From the human T2T-CHM13v2.0 reference genome, Homo sapiens: a DNA stretch of 64,000 bases. The notes beneath the pieces were generated by a model that saw only the letters and a list, made by a program, of their open reading frames with translations, was not told where the DNA came from and ran no database searches. The stretch is from NCBI RefSeq assembly GCF_009914755.1, contig NC_060947.1; one strand, given 5' to 3'. Positions 21,567 to 40,740 of this stretch are shown one piece after another. A program made the position numbers and the translations under genes. Numbering within the stretch: position 1 is the stretch's first letter; every line of letters starts with the position of its first letter.

Positions 21567-22057
21567 TAGTAGAGACGGGGTTTCACCATGGTCTCGATTT
21601 CCTGACCCCGTGATCTGCCTGCCTTGGCCTCTCAAAGTGCTGGGATTACAGGCGTGAGCCACCACGCCCGGCCTAAGTTACCCATTTATAGAGAGAGGGA
21701 ACAGGGTGGGAGGGACAAGGCTGGAAGCTAGACTTCTCCAAATATACTTTGAATATTTGATTTTGAAATCATCTATTTTACCTAATTAGAAAACAAAATT
21801 AAATTTTTTCAAACAATCCCTAAAATCTGAAAACTGCATGAAACAAATGAAACCAATTATCTATCAAATTGGTAGAATAACTGCACAGAGAATAATTATT
21901 TCAATTTATTTTTAAATACAGTGATTTGGCCAGGCACAGTGGCTCATGCCTGTAATCTCAGCACTTTGGGTGGCTGAGGCAGGAGGATTGCTTGAGCCTA
22001 GGAGTTTGAGACCACCCTAGGCAAGATGGTGAAACCTTGTTTCTACCAAAACAAAAC

Positions 22058-22090
<33 letters not shown>

Positions 22091-22989
22091 GCCAGGTGTC
22101 AGTCCCAGCTACTCAGGAAGCTGAGGTGGGAGGATCGCTTGAGCCTGGGAGGTCAAGGCTGCAGTGAGCCACGATCGTGCCACTGCACTCCGGCCTGGGT
22201 GACAGAGTGAGACCTGTATCCAAAAAAAAAAAAAAAGTACAGTGATCTGTCTATACATTCTTAGTAGGATATACTCTAAATGCAAAAGGAAATCCAAAAA
22301 GTCTTAAACTCTTTTCAGCAATCATGTTAGTGGTAGTGATGGTGTTGATATTCTCAGACTGTTTCATGTAACATGTTGATGAAATTGGAAACTGAAATTT
22401 TTGGTATGAGAGAATAAATAGAGATACAGATTTAATATCAAAGAGGTTAAGCAAAACTCTCTAGTCTCAAATTTTAGGAAGTATTATATATGAACTCATT
22501 ATGCTTTTTATCTTTATAGAAAAAAAAATCTATTTCCAAGCTCTAACACTGAAAAAGCATAAAAGCAATGACTGATCCAGTAGCAAAGAATACCCAGATT
22601 GTGGTATCCAAATACTATTTCACACTAGAAAAGACCAGAGCTCCTTGAAGAAACAGCTGATTCTGGGTCTAGGGTAGGAAATACACAAGATGGGCTTGAA
22701 ATAACTCGTCATACTAGAAAGTAAGGAAGCTATCAAAGACTGCTGGGAAAGTGTCAAAAGAATTAATGTGCCAATTTACAGGAACTTCCACTGGCCAAAG
22801 ATTTCAGCATCAATAGGAATTACAGTTGCATAGAATGGAAACGTTGTTATATTTAAATTCATGAGTTCATATAAGATATATTTTTAAGAAACTACTCATT
22901 GGTCACCTGAAGATAATGTTAGGGAACTCATTATTTTGCAAATTGGTCAATAAACAGAAAGAATCAAGATTGACCACCTTCCCAATGCC

Positions 22990-23430
22990 ATCTATATGCT
23001 GAAGATTGCTAAATTTTTCATTTCTAAACTTAACCTCTTTCATGAATTCCACACTTACATATCCACCTACCTATTCAAGATCTCCAACTGAATATCTAAT
23101 GGCAATGTCTAACTCAATATGTCCCAAACTAAAATCTTGATTATCTTCCTGTCCCAAATCGGCTTCTCTCAGTATTTTCCTTCTCAATAGAATGAGCAAC
23201 GTTACTTGTTCACACCAAAAACATTGAAGTCTTCCTTGACTCCTCTCTTCCTCTCATACCCCGCATCTAATTTATAGCAAATATTATTGACTCTTCCTTT
23301 TAAGTATATCCAGAATCTGTCTTCTTCTCATTATTTCCTCTGTTCCCACACTGGTCCATGTTCCTGTGATTGGCTTAATGCATGTAAGGTCATGTCCCTG
23401 TAAGATTACAGCACTTATTTGCTCAAAACT
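22990..23430 (+). mobile_element. L2 LINE fragment
   Basis: CTCAATATGTCCCAAACTAAAATCTTGATT...CTTGACTCCTCTCTTCCTCTCATACCCC..ATATCCAGAATCTG is typical of the L2 3' region. Confidence 0.65.
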
Positions 23431-23729
23431 CTCCAACTAGGCTAGGCATAGTGGCTCATTTCTGTAATCCCAGCACTTTGGGAGGCCAAAACGGGAGGAT
23501 CACTTGAGGCTCAGAGGTTATGCCACTGCACTCCAGCCTGCGTGAAAAGAGCCCAGGCCACAAGAGCAAAACACTGGCTCAAAACAAAAACAAAAACAGA
23601 CCAAAAAAACTCTCCAGTTACATCTCATGTCACTTAATATAATTGAGTAATATGCAAAGTCCTTCACATATGTAAATAAAGAGGTAACCAGAAGACTGAA
23701 AACTTAAAGGAAAAACAAAGGCCCCAGTT

Positions 23730-23990
23730 GATTTGGCCACATCCCATGACTGATTATTGGAGGCATACAGAGACCTGGTCATCCCTTCCCAATTCAGGAC
23801 AACTCCAAAGGGCCACTCTAGCAATAGAGAACCCCAGAGGGTTGCATGAGGTATTTATTGTGCCCGCATGGCAGCTCGGCTTCTCTCCCTCTGACCATGC
23901 CTGGCTGTTCCCCAACCTCCCACAGCTATTGATAACAAGGGCACTCCCTAACTAACACCCTGCATGTTAACCTCCATCTGAGAAACTGCC
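23730..23990 (+). mobile_element. Old ERVL LTR fragment (LTR16-like)
   Basis: CCCAATTCAGGACAACTCCAAAGGGCCA...CACTCCCTAA..ACACCCTGCATG.TAACCTCCATCTGAGA. Confidence 0.5.
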
Positions 23991-24001
23991 TGGCATGGTA
24001 G

Positions 24002-24719
<718 letters not shown>

Positions 24720-25239
24720 CATCTCAGAGTTGGCTTCCCAGCAAACCCAACAGGCAATAATTTATCTACTTATATGCTTATGGTCTGTGTCCCTCTCACT
24801 GTTTCCTGTGAGTAGAGGGTTTGTAGAGACCCCTTCCGACTCTCCAGGTGCTAGACCAGTGCCTCACACTGGAAGCTGCTCGATAACTATTGGCTGGATG
24901 AATGAAAGGAATAACACTTAAGCCGAGACCTGAATGACAAGGAGCTAGCCAGCCAGCCAAAGATCTTATGGAAGAACATTTTCAGTGTTGGGAAATGGAA
25001 TTCCGCAAAGAGCTCTTTCCTTTCTGTTTCCGTTCCACTTCTTCGCCACTGTAACTTAGCCTTTGGGACAGTTAAAAGTTTTGAAGTGTTGTGTTTGTTT
25101 TCATTTGTTGTTTGTTTGTTTGTTTCCTATTTCTTCCCACTCCCATTCTAGGATCACTTAATTTTTACAAATTTAGCCAGGATCACACACCTCTCTCCAG
25201 ACCAATGTATAACTCATCAATTTTGTGTTTTTACTGATG

Positions 25240-25289
25240 CGGACTTATCAGACCTAAGATAACTCGGACTTATCAGACCTAAGATAACT
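25240..25289. repeat. Perfect 25-bp tandem duplication carrying paired GATA motifs
   Basis: CGGACTTATCAGACCTAAGATAACT x2 (25240-25264 and 25265-25289). Confidence 0.95.
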
Positions 25290-25542
25290 ACTCGTCTTCC
25301 TCAAAATACTTATTTGCAGGAGGACGTGGTAGTTGATATAAACTTGACTTTAAGGAGGTTAGTATCGATCAGGAATTTGTTTCATAATTATCTCAGAGAA
25401 AGTCCAACATCTCTTTTGGTCTATAGTGTTGTGGGTGGAGGGAGACTCATCAAAATCACCTGGGGAGCCTCACCGCCCCCGCCGCCACCTCCTCTCCCCA
25501 CAACCCGCCACTCAGTCTCTCTCCTCTCCCCTCTACTCCTCA

Positions 25543-25896
<354 letters not shown>

Positions 25897-25899
25897 TCA

Positions 25900-26091
<192 letters not shown>

Positions 26092-26336
26092 TCAAAAAAT
26101 AATAATAATAATAATAAATAAAATAAAATAATCTGTGTGTCTTTTATTAAAGCAGAATTTGCACATGGTTAAAATATCAAATACTATAGAATAGCTTCTA
26201 TCCCCTTTCCCCTGGTGCTCTACCTTTATCTGTTCCTCCTTGAATTCTTTGATTTTTCTGAGCTTTATCTCTGTATCTCTAAATAATCTGTTTATCCTGC
26301 CATTTATTTATTTATTTGTTTATTTATTTATTTTGA

Positions 26337-26495
<159 letters not shown>

Positions 26496-26546
26496 TAGTT
26501 GAGGCAAGGTTTTTCCATGTTGGTCAGGCTGGTCTCGAACTCCTGA

Positions 26547-26983
<437 letters not shown>

Positions 26984-27065
26984 TGACAGATGAGAATTTA
27001 GCTCAGTTACACAACCCCTCCCCCATCACTTCTTCCTCTCCAAATATGGTTAGAGCATATTTTTA

Positions 27066-27179
<114 letters not shown>

Positions 27180-27200
27180 TCACCTGAGGTCAGGAGTTCA

Positions 27201-27497
<297 letters not shown>

Positions 27498-27873
27498 CTA
27501 GAAAAACAAATAACGGACTATGTGTACTTGGGTAGGTCTTGTTGACTAACCAAATCTCATCTACTTTAGGGTGAATAGGCTATAGTCCTGGGGACCGCTA
27601 AATGCTAGAAGTCATCATCTTTGCATCCAGGAGCTAATGTTGTTCTTGCCATCTACTGTCCTGCTTCTCCCTAGACCATTTGCTAAATTTATTTAGAGAG
27701 CAATCTGCCAATTTTTAATTTTTCGTTGTATTATTATTGCTATTGTTGTTCATTTTTCTTTGATGCTAGATGCCTGGCTGCTAGACATCCTGCATGAAGT
27801 GGCCAGGTGCGGTGGCTCATGCCTGTAATCCCAGCACTTTGGGAGGCCACAGCAGGTGGATCATCTGAGCTCA

Positions 27874-28116
<243 letters not shown>

Positions 28117-29491
28117 TTAAATCCTGCATGAAAGTATGAAAGAGGGATGAGGAAGCAACACTTCCTCCCCACAGCAACCTGGTAATGCCCCTATTTTCAC
28201 CTCTTCTGACCCTGGTGTCTCCCAGCTGTGTCCCTGGCTATAGCCCACACTGCACATATTCTAGGCCACCAGGCCCTCTTCCCCACCATATTAGTCATCA
28301 GCTTTCTATTGGCTTTCCTCTCCCCAGAATTTTTGAAATCCCTCATGCATAGATATTCCCACCACCACCACCACAGTCTCCTGACTGCCTATGACTGCCT
28401 ATGATCTCTTCTTAGTTATTGGCTTATACTTGTTTTCCCTGCTCCTTTATTATTTTAAAGGGGCCTCAGGAAGGATAGGAAATAAACAGAGGTGCTCAGT
28501 CCACTCTTCTGAGTCAGAAGTTTGCAACATATTTTAACTTCAGCATGTTCAGTTTGAAATGCACATTTTGAAAGCTCTCAGGAGGTGGTTCCAATAATCC
28601 CCATCCCTCGCACTCCCTTGGAGACTTCCTGTTGACTTGAACAGTCTGGTCCACCCACTTTCCAACTCCGCTGGCTCACTAAAAGGTACCAACAACCCCC
28701 TAGCTGGCCATAAAGCTGAGCTGATTCCTTCTTTATCCTGAATCCCAACATCTAATCCACCAGCAAGCTCTGTCATTTCTATCATTAAAAGCATCTCGTG
28801 GGCAAAAAAAGAAAAATTACAAGCCAAACTGACTAAAGCCAAGGATTTTTTAAAAATCCTAATTAAAATTTTAAAAGTGTTCAAAAATAGCACACTGTGA
28901 CCAAAATGGGTTGATTCCAGAAATGCCAGAATGATTCAATATTAGGAAATGTACCAAAGCAATTCATTGTATTAATAGATCAAACAAGTAAAGCCATGTA
29001 ATTTTATTAATAAATGCTAAGAAGGCATTTAATAAAATTAAACATCCATTCTTGGCTTTAAAATCTCTTTATAAAACAGAAAGTAAATGTAAAACATAGC
29101 ATAAAAACAACATGTTATAGGCCAGCTCACTGGCTCATGCCTCTAATCCCAGCATTTTGAGAGGCTGAGGCGGGAGGATTGTTTGAACACAGGAGTTTCA
29201 GACCAGCCTGGGCAACATAGCAAGACCCCCATCTCTACAAAAAAAAAAGAAAAGAAAATTAGCCAAGCATGGTGGCGCACACCTGTAATTCCAGCTACTC
29301 AGGAGGCTGAGGTGGAAGGATCAATTGAGCCCCGGAGTTGGAGGCTGCAGCAAGCTATAATCATGCCACTGCACTCCAGCCTGGATGATGGAGTAAGACT
29401 CTGTCTTAAAAAAAAAAAAAAAAAAAGACCTTGGACTAGAACTTAGCATTCACTACTATCTCCTTCACTGGAGCCATGAGCACTCTGTAGA

Positions 29492-31660
<2,169 letters not shown>

Positions 31661-31840
31661 TAATGCCTTATTCCTCATTAGCATAGTGATGAGAAAAGAA
31701 TAAAAGAAGGCCGAGGCGGGCAGATCATTTGAGGTCAGGAGTTCGAGACCAGCCTGGCCAGCATGGTGAAACCCTCTCTCTAATAAAAATACAAAAATTA
31801 GCCGGGCCTGATGTCAGGAGCCTGTAACCCCAGCTACTCA

Positions 31841-31945
<105 letters not shown>

Positions 31946-32152
31946 TCAAAAAAAAAAAAAGTATAAAAGAATACATTATGCCCAGGGATGAAAAATTTCT
32001 GGAGATACTTCTCTGCAGAATTCACAGAGAAAAAAAAGTTCTGGGGATGGATGGTGGTGTTACCTGCACAACAGTGTGAGTGTACTTTGTGCCACTGAAC
32101 TATACACTCAGAAATGATTAAAATGGTAAATTTTATGTCATGTATATTTGAC

Positions 32153-32155
<3 letters not shown>

Positions 32156-32191
<36 letters not shown>
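32156..32191. repeat. (TG)18 microsatellite
   Basis: Read directly from the sequence. Confidence 0.95.
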
Positions 32192-32192
<1 letters not shown>

Positions 32193-32779
32193 CTGTATGA
32201 TGCCCAAAGTCCCATAATGCTTATTGGGAAAACACTGGAAGCATTCTCACTGGAGACTGGAATTAAGACAAGGATTTTCACTATCATTGCTATTATTTAA
32301 CCTTAACCTGGAGATACTGGCTAAAGTAATTAGACAAAATAAATAAGTTAAAGGTATAAAATTGGATATCAGAAGGTTAAAATTTCACTACTGACATTTG
32401 ATACAATTGTATACCTAGAAAAATCAAAAGAATCAACTGTAAAGCTATTCTACAAAATAAGATAGTTAAATAAAATGTACAGATACAAAATTAATTAAAG
32501 TGAATATATATGCATAATTTATATGTGACCTTAAGATACACAAAAAGAAGACATATTGGAAGAAAAGATCTCATTTACACAAGCCGTGAAAAACATAAAA
32601 TACCTAGAAATACACTTAAAAAAAATTTTTTGAGACCAATTCTCACTCTGTTGCCCAGGCTAGAGTTCAGTGGTGCGATTTCAGCTCACTGCAACCTCTG
32701 CTCCCGGGTTCAAGCGATTCTCATGCCTCAGCCTCCTAAATAGTTGGGACTACAGGCGTGAGCCACCAAGCCTGGCTAA

Positions 32780-32926
<147 letters not shown>

Positions 32927-33184
32927 TGAAATATTTGCATGTTCCATATGATGAAAACTTATACATATGCCAAGGACACAACAGACATTTAAAACAGAAA
33001 GGAATAGCATATTTTTGGATAAGAAAAAAAATTAACATCATAGAAATTGTTCGTTTTTCCCACATTAATCTGTAACTTGAATGTGAGCCCAATTTAAAAA
33101 TGCCAACAGGATTTCCTCTGAATCTAGACAAACTATTTTCTAGAGTTCATGTGAGCAAAAAAGAACAATCAAGAATAGACAATA

Positions 33185-33240
33185 GTCCAGGAGCAGTGAC
33201 TCATGCCTGTAATCCCAGCACTCCGTCTCAAAAAAAAAAA
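33185..33240 (+). mobile_element. Internally deleted mini-Alu (5' head fused to 3' tail) with TSD
   Basis: GTCCAGGAGCAGTGACTCATGCCTGTAATCCCAGC-ACT-CCGTCTCAAAAAAAAAAA; TSD AGA(A/G)TAGACAATA at 33172-33184 and 33241-33253. Confidence 0.85.
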
Positions 33241-33480
33241 AGAGTAGACAATAATTTTTTTTCCAAAGAAGATAAAAGGCAAGTAGATTTACAAAATATT
33301 AACAATTTGTATTTTAATATAAATATAAATTTAAATTGTTATTTAATAAAAAAGATATTGCAAAGTAACACCATGTGATAATGATGCATGAATAGACAGA
33401 TCACTTCAACAGAATAGAAGGTTCAAAGACTGAGACAACTGCCCACAGAAATTTAGCATATGATAAAAGTGACATGTTGA

Positions 33481-33810
<330 letters not shown>

Positions 33811-35608
33811 TGATCCACCTGCCTCGGGATCCATGATTTATATGTCAAAAATGGAACCATAAAAATACTACAAGGAAACATACCAGCACTCTTATACTTG
33901 CAGAATGGCCTAAGTTGACGCAAAACCCAGAGCCAGAAAAGAAATGATTGGTATTAATGACTAAAAATTAAATATTTCTATATGGCAAATTCCACTAAAA
34001 GCAAAGTCAAAAGACAAACAAATTGGAAAAAAATGATTGCAACTCAAATGACGTATATAAAGGGCTTCTACAAACCAAGAATAAATACCATTAGCCTAAA
34101 AGAAAAATTGGTGGAGGCTATAAGCAGTCAGTTCACAAAAACGGAAATACAAATGACTTTTTTATTATTATTTTGTGTGTGTGTGACAGTCTCACTCTGT
34201 TGCTCAGGCTGCGGTGCAGTGACGCGTGTGATCTCAGCTCACTGCAACCTTCCTCCACCTCCTGGGTTCAAGCGATTCTCCTACTTCACCTGGGATTACA
34301 GGTGCCCGCCACCATGCCCAGCTAATTTTTTTATTTTTAGTAGAGACGGGGTTTCACCATATTGGCCAGGCTGGTCTCGAACTCCTGACCTCAGGTGATC
34401 CACCCGCCTCGGCCTCCCAAAGTGCTGGGATGACTGGCATGAGCCACCGCGCCCGGCCCACAAATGACTTTTAAATGCATGAAAACATGTTCAACTGTCT
34501 CATAAGAGAAATAAATAGTATGACACTGAGAAACTCTTCACTTATCAAATTTATTAGCTCCAAAAATTTGATAATCCAATAATTGGCAAAGATGTGTGGA
34601 AACAGGCTCGCAAGCATTGCTGATTGGGACTATAAATTGATATAAACATCTGGAAGGGACAAGTGACAATGCCTGTCAAAATTATAAATGCACCCAGCAA
34701 TTCCACTTCTGGAAATGTATTCTACAGATATTCTCACACATCTACAAAATGGCATATGCAGCATTGTTTGTAACAGCAAAAGCTAACAAGCTAAATGTCC
34801 CTCTGTAGGGAACAGGTTAAAAAAATTCATGGGACATGCTTATCATGGAACACTATGCAACAACCCAATGAAGGAGGGAGCTGTTTAGATACCAATATGG
34901 AGTGATCTCCAAGATCTATTGTTAAGAAAAAAGCAATGTACAGAATACTATATTTAATGTGCTACCATTTGTGGAAATGCATTTGTTTGCATATGAAAAA
35001 AAAATCTCTACATAAGAAACTTATGCAATTTGTTGCCTTTTTTTGTTTGTTTTTTGACAGTCTCACTCCATCACCTAGGCTGGACTGCAGTGGCACAATC
35101 TCGACTCACTGCAAACTCTGCCTCCCAGGTTCAAGTAATTCATGTGCCTCAGCCTCCTGAATAGCTGGAATTACAGGCGCCTGCCAACTGCGCCTGGCAA
35201 ATTTTTCTAAGTTTTGTATTTTTAGTAGAGATGGAGTTTCACCATGTTGGCCAATTTTTCTAATTTTTGTATTTTTAGTAGAGACGGGGTTTCTCCATGT
35301 TGGCCAGGCTGGTCTCAAACTCCTGACCTCAGGTGATCCGCCTGCCTCGGCCTCCCAAACTGCTGGGATTATAGGCGTGAGCCACCTCGCTCGGCCAATT
35401 TGTTGCTTCTTGAAAAGAGAACTAGATGGCTGGGTAGAAGGGAGACTTTCACTCTATTTCTTTTGGTGCCTTTTGAATTTTGAATCCTGTCAGTGTATTA
35501 TCTATCCAAACAAGTAGACAGAATTTAATAAAATAAATCCCTAATTTGCCTTTTTCTCTCCATCACCACTACCACTTCTTCTTCCTCTTCCTCTTCTTCT
35601 TTTTTTTA

Positions 35609-35901
35609 AGAGACAGTTTCTCTCTATGTTGACCAGGATGGAGGGCAGTGGCTATTCACGGGGACAATCTCACTACTGATCAGCATGGGAGTTTTTGACC
35701 TGCTCCATTTCAACGTGGGCCAGTTCACCCAACCTTCTTAGGCAACCTGGTGGTCCCTACTCCCAAGAGGTCACCATTATCAATGTTGAACTTAGTTCGG
35801 GCCAGCATAGTGCACTACAGCCCAGAACTCCTGGGCTCAAGCCATCCTCCTGCCTCAGCTTCTGCATAGCTGGGACTTCAGTCTCACTCCACCATGCCTT
35901 G
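35609..35901 (-). pseudogene. RN7SL: 7SL (SRP) RNA retropseudogene, near full-length and diverged
   Basis: Contains the S-domain that Alus lack. The reverse complement gives GAGTTCTGGGCTGTAGTGCACTATGC...CTAAGTTC...ATGGTGACCTC...GGGACCACCAGGTTGCCTAAG...GGAGCAGGTCAAAAACTCCCATGCTGATCAGTAGTG..GTGAATAGCCACTG, with a decayed A-tail at 35575-35608. Confidence 0.92.
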
Positions 35902-36197
35902 TGACTGCCACATCTGTTTTCCTAATGACTGAGTGACTTAAAGGGCTCTTTTTACAAGGAACTTCCCCTAACTCTACTTTCCCCTAACCGTTCTTTCCCA
36001 TTGCTATACTCGATGCTATATCCAATAAGTGCTAGGAAAGTAAATGAACTATTTGTAATTATAGACATCATTTTGTTTCCTTCATTCATTCCTGGTCACC
36101 TGTTTCCCTTTCCCAAGAGGGTAGGAAATTCTTTTTCGTTTTGTTTTGTTTTGTTTTTGAGACAGAGTCTTACTCTGTCACCCAAGCTGCAGTGTAG

Positions 36198-36646
<449 letters not shown>

Positions 36647-36991
36647 TAAATGGGGTTTCACCATGTTGGCCAGGCTGGTCTCGAACTCCTCACCTCAGGT
36701 GATCTGCCCACCTCAGACTCCAAAGTGCTGGGATTACAGGCGTCAGCCACCGCGCCCGGCTGGAAATTCTTAATGATTGATTCATCACTATAAACCCAGC
36801 ATTTAGGCCAAGATTTGAAAGTTTACCACGAATAAGATTGTCTCACATTGATATTCTTCAGAGTAAGGTGGATCGGGGCAGACATTTTCACCATCTTTTT
36901 TTTTTTCCTTTCTCAGACAGAGTCTCACTCTGTCGCCCAGGCTGGAGTACAGTGGCTTGATCTCGGCTCACTGCAACCTCCGCCTCCCGGG

Positions 36992-37453
36992 TATTAGGGA
37001 CAAACTGCCCCAAAAAGCTTCTTGGTACAGCCAACACTCCCGCCAAACCTCTCTGTGCTGCCCACCCTTTCCCCAATCCTTTTTACATTTCTAAGCCCTT
37101 ATCTAGGCGCCGCGGGGGAGCCAGCAGACTTTACCTATCAGGCCTTGCTACGATAAACAAACCCCAATTACAAACCATCTGGATCACACAGGGGGAGGTA
37201 GTGGGAAGCATAAACAAACTTTACCTACACCCTCCTGTAAGTTCCTTCATCTAGGTGCTACCATAAACGTCACAAGGTGATATATGGCAAAGTTAACCAA
37301 CAAACGACCCCAGGGTCTCTCTCCCCCCGTATAAACCCATCATTTTGTAAGCTCAGGGCTGCCTCCTCTGTCTGTGGTGGAGCAGCCGGCAGGTTAATAA
37401 AGGCTTGCCTAAACTTGAGTCTCTCTCTCATCCTTCTCTTGGCTAACCTTACA
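36992..37453 (+). mobile_element. Solo LTR (probably ERVL class, LTR18-like) inserted inside a minus-strand Alu
   Basis: The Alu reading ...CGCCTCCCGGG|TTCAAGCGATTC is split by a 462-bp element T(A)TTAGGGACAAACTGCCCC...GGCTAACCTTACA. It has a 5-bp TSD CCGGG/CCAGG, TATAAA near 37330 and AATAAA near 37396. Confidence 0.8.
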
Positions 37454-37940
37454 CCAGGTTCAAGCGATTCTCCTGCCTCAGCCTCCTGAGTAGCTGGGAT
37501 AACAGGTGTGTGCCACCACGCCCGATTAACTTTTGTATTTTTAGTAAAGATGGGATTTCACCATATTGGCCAAGCTGGTCTCGAACTCCTGACCTCAAGT
37601 GATCTGCCCTCCTCAGCCTCCCAAAGTGCTGGGAATACAGGCATGAGCCACCGCGCCCGGCGCCCTCATTTTCCAGATGAGGAAATTAGTGGGCTTTAGT
37701 ACATCTATCAACTTACTTACATTGTATTGAGAATTTTACATGTAGGGTCATTTCTGTGGGGGAAGCCTCCCAAGTTTTCATCAGATTCTCAAAGGGGTCT
37801 GTTATAGACCTCCACTGAATTAGTTTCTATCTCAAAAATTCAACCCTTATGGCTTCAGAAGGTATTTATCTTGGGAGACAGTAGAATGGTCAAGAAATCT
37901 AAAGCATTGGTTTTGGAATCACAAGTATAAGCCATCATGG

Positions 37941-38284
37941 TGTCAAAAGACAAAATCACAACAAATTTAGTTTAAAGATCTCAATTGGCTTTATTGAGAT
38001 TCTAGAATCAGGCAACATTTTATTCCATAAAATAGAATAAGTGTTCCAATGACTCGAGCAGAGGAAGTTGGTTTTATAGATAAAAAAGGGGCTGAAGAAA
38101 GCAGAAATGAACAAAAAGCAGGGGACAGGAGAGAGATAACAACCTATTTCCCAAACATGACAGCTTCAACTTGGTGACATGGAACTTAGCATGGGTGACT
38201 CCATTTTGACTTTTAGTCTGGTCTGCTAGGGCCTAATGCAGAAGCTTAGTCCAAAATAATGGCCCCCTTAATTTTTATTTAACA
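37941..38284 (-). mobile_element. ERV1 solo LTR (MER93/MER57-like)
   Basis: The reverse complement begins TGTTAAATAAAAATT..GGCCATTATTTTGGACTAAGCT...CAAAATGGAGTCACCCATGCTAAGTTCCATGTCACCAA and ends ...TTTTGTCTTTTGACA. Confidence 0.7.
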
Positions 38285-38437
38285 ACAGAAATAATTTGGT
38301 GATGGCCAAAAAAAAAAATGTAATCTGAACATTTTGCCTTTGCCTTTGCCTTTCCCACCACATCAACATACCTCTCTTATTCCCAGATGTCCCCAAGCTA
38401 TGCTAGACAATATGCATCTTTTTTTTTTTTTTTTTGA

Positions 38438-38599
<162 letters not shown>

Positions 38600-39284
38600 T
38601 AGTAGAGACGGGGTTTCTCCATGTTGGTCAGGCTGGTCTTGAACCCTCAACCTCAGGTGATCCACCCGCCTTGGCCTCCCAAAGTGCTGGCATTACAGAG
38701 ATGAGCCACCTTGCCCCGGCCTGGCAACATGTATCTTTATTACCCTCTGAAGTCATAAACATAAACATAATGTGTAAAACATTTTACATCTTTGTCCCAT
38801 AAAATAACTTAGTCTACCAGGAAATTCACCTCGGGCTCTACAGACCTGCATTCAAAATCCTGTTACAAAACTTGAGTATTGGAATTTACTTCTCCAGGGC
38901 AATTTCCTTGTCTACTTTAGGTCTTTTGTGAGGAACAAATTAGCAGTTGCTCAATAGACTGTGGCTACAAGAGGGGTGGAGAAGTTTCCACCCTTGCAAA
39001 AATCTCTACAAGGCAATAGTTTAAGTTTAGCATTCTCTCTTTCCTTCCCTCTCCCCATTTCCTTTCCTCCTTCTCTCTCTTTCCCTCTCTCTCCTATCTC
39101 CCTGCATTGCCAGCACCTACTTCTTGACAAAAGCACCCTCAGGGTGAAACATCATGTGCTGTTCTGGAAAGAAGAGAGTCTTAAGATAGAAATATACCCA
39201 GCTAGACCACTAATTTCTACGTAGCTTTCAGCAAGTCATATGCTCTGTCTGAGGCCCAGTTTTCTCATCCATAAAATAGGAGTA

Positions 39285-39585
39285 GGCCGGGCGCGGTGGC
39301 TCACGCCTGTAAACCCAACACTTTGGGAGGCCGAGGCGGGAAGATTATGAGGTCACGAGATCGAGACCATCCTGGCTAACACGGTGAAACCCCGTCTCTA
39401 CTAAAAATACAAAAAATTAGCTGGGCGTGGTGGCTGGCTCCTGTAGTCCCAGTTACTCCGGAGGCTTAGGCAGGAGAATGGCGTGAACCCGGGAGGCGGA
39501 GCTTGCAGTGAGCCAAGATCGCGCCACTGCAGTCCAGCCTGGGCGACAGAGCGAGACTCCGTCTCAAAAAAAAAAAAAAAAAAAA
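39285..39585 (+). mobile_element. AluY with TSD AAAATAGGAGTA inserted in a MIR
   Basis: CpG-rich AluY. MIR core CAGTTTTCTCATCCATAAAATAGGAGTA lies before it and ...AGGAGTAATACCCAAC after it. Confidence 0.88.
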
Positions 39586-40239
39586 ATAGGAGTAATACCC
39601 AACTTTCAGGATAGTGCCAGGCCCTTAAGCATTCAGTAATGGTGTTATTACCATAACTAGGTGCCATTTCCAGCCCAGGCCCTGGGCCAGCTTCCCTTCT
39701 ATGGAGCAGCCTGGAACTACGTCTGCAAAAAGAGCAAGAAACAGACCTAGGACCATGTAAATAAAAGTATATAGTATGCACTCTTGTGTAAGGCTTCTTT
39801 CATTCAGCATAATATTTTGCCATCATACACTTTTTCCCTTTGGTGCTTTAGGCACAGTGATGTCCTGGTGGCCACCAAGGATCTCCATACTCCAGACCCA
39901 TACAGTCTTACCAACCTCAGTGGCAGCAGCTCACACAAGTACCCTTCTCCAACACACAGGTGGCCTCCAGCATAATTCATCTGTGTCTTAGGTGTGTCTG
40001 CAGTGGGCATATTCCAGCGTATGAATGTACCACAGTTCATTCAGCCATTCTGCTAATGGACATCTAGGCTGTTTCCAGTTTTTGACTATTATGAATACAG
40101 CCACTAAGAACATTACAGTGCAGGAGCCGGGCGCGGTGGCTCACGCCTGTAATCCCTGCACTTTGGGAGGCTGAGGCGAGCAGATCACGAAGTCAGGAGA
40201 TCGAGACCATCCTGGCTAACACGGTGAAACCCTGTCTCA

Positions 40240-40740
<501 letters not shown>

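Noticed and set aside
25240-25289. CRISPR-like direct repeat
   Set aside because: There are only two adjacent copies, no spacer and no cas genes, and the context is primate DNA.
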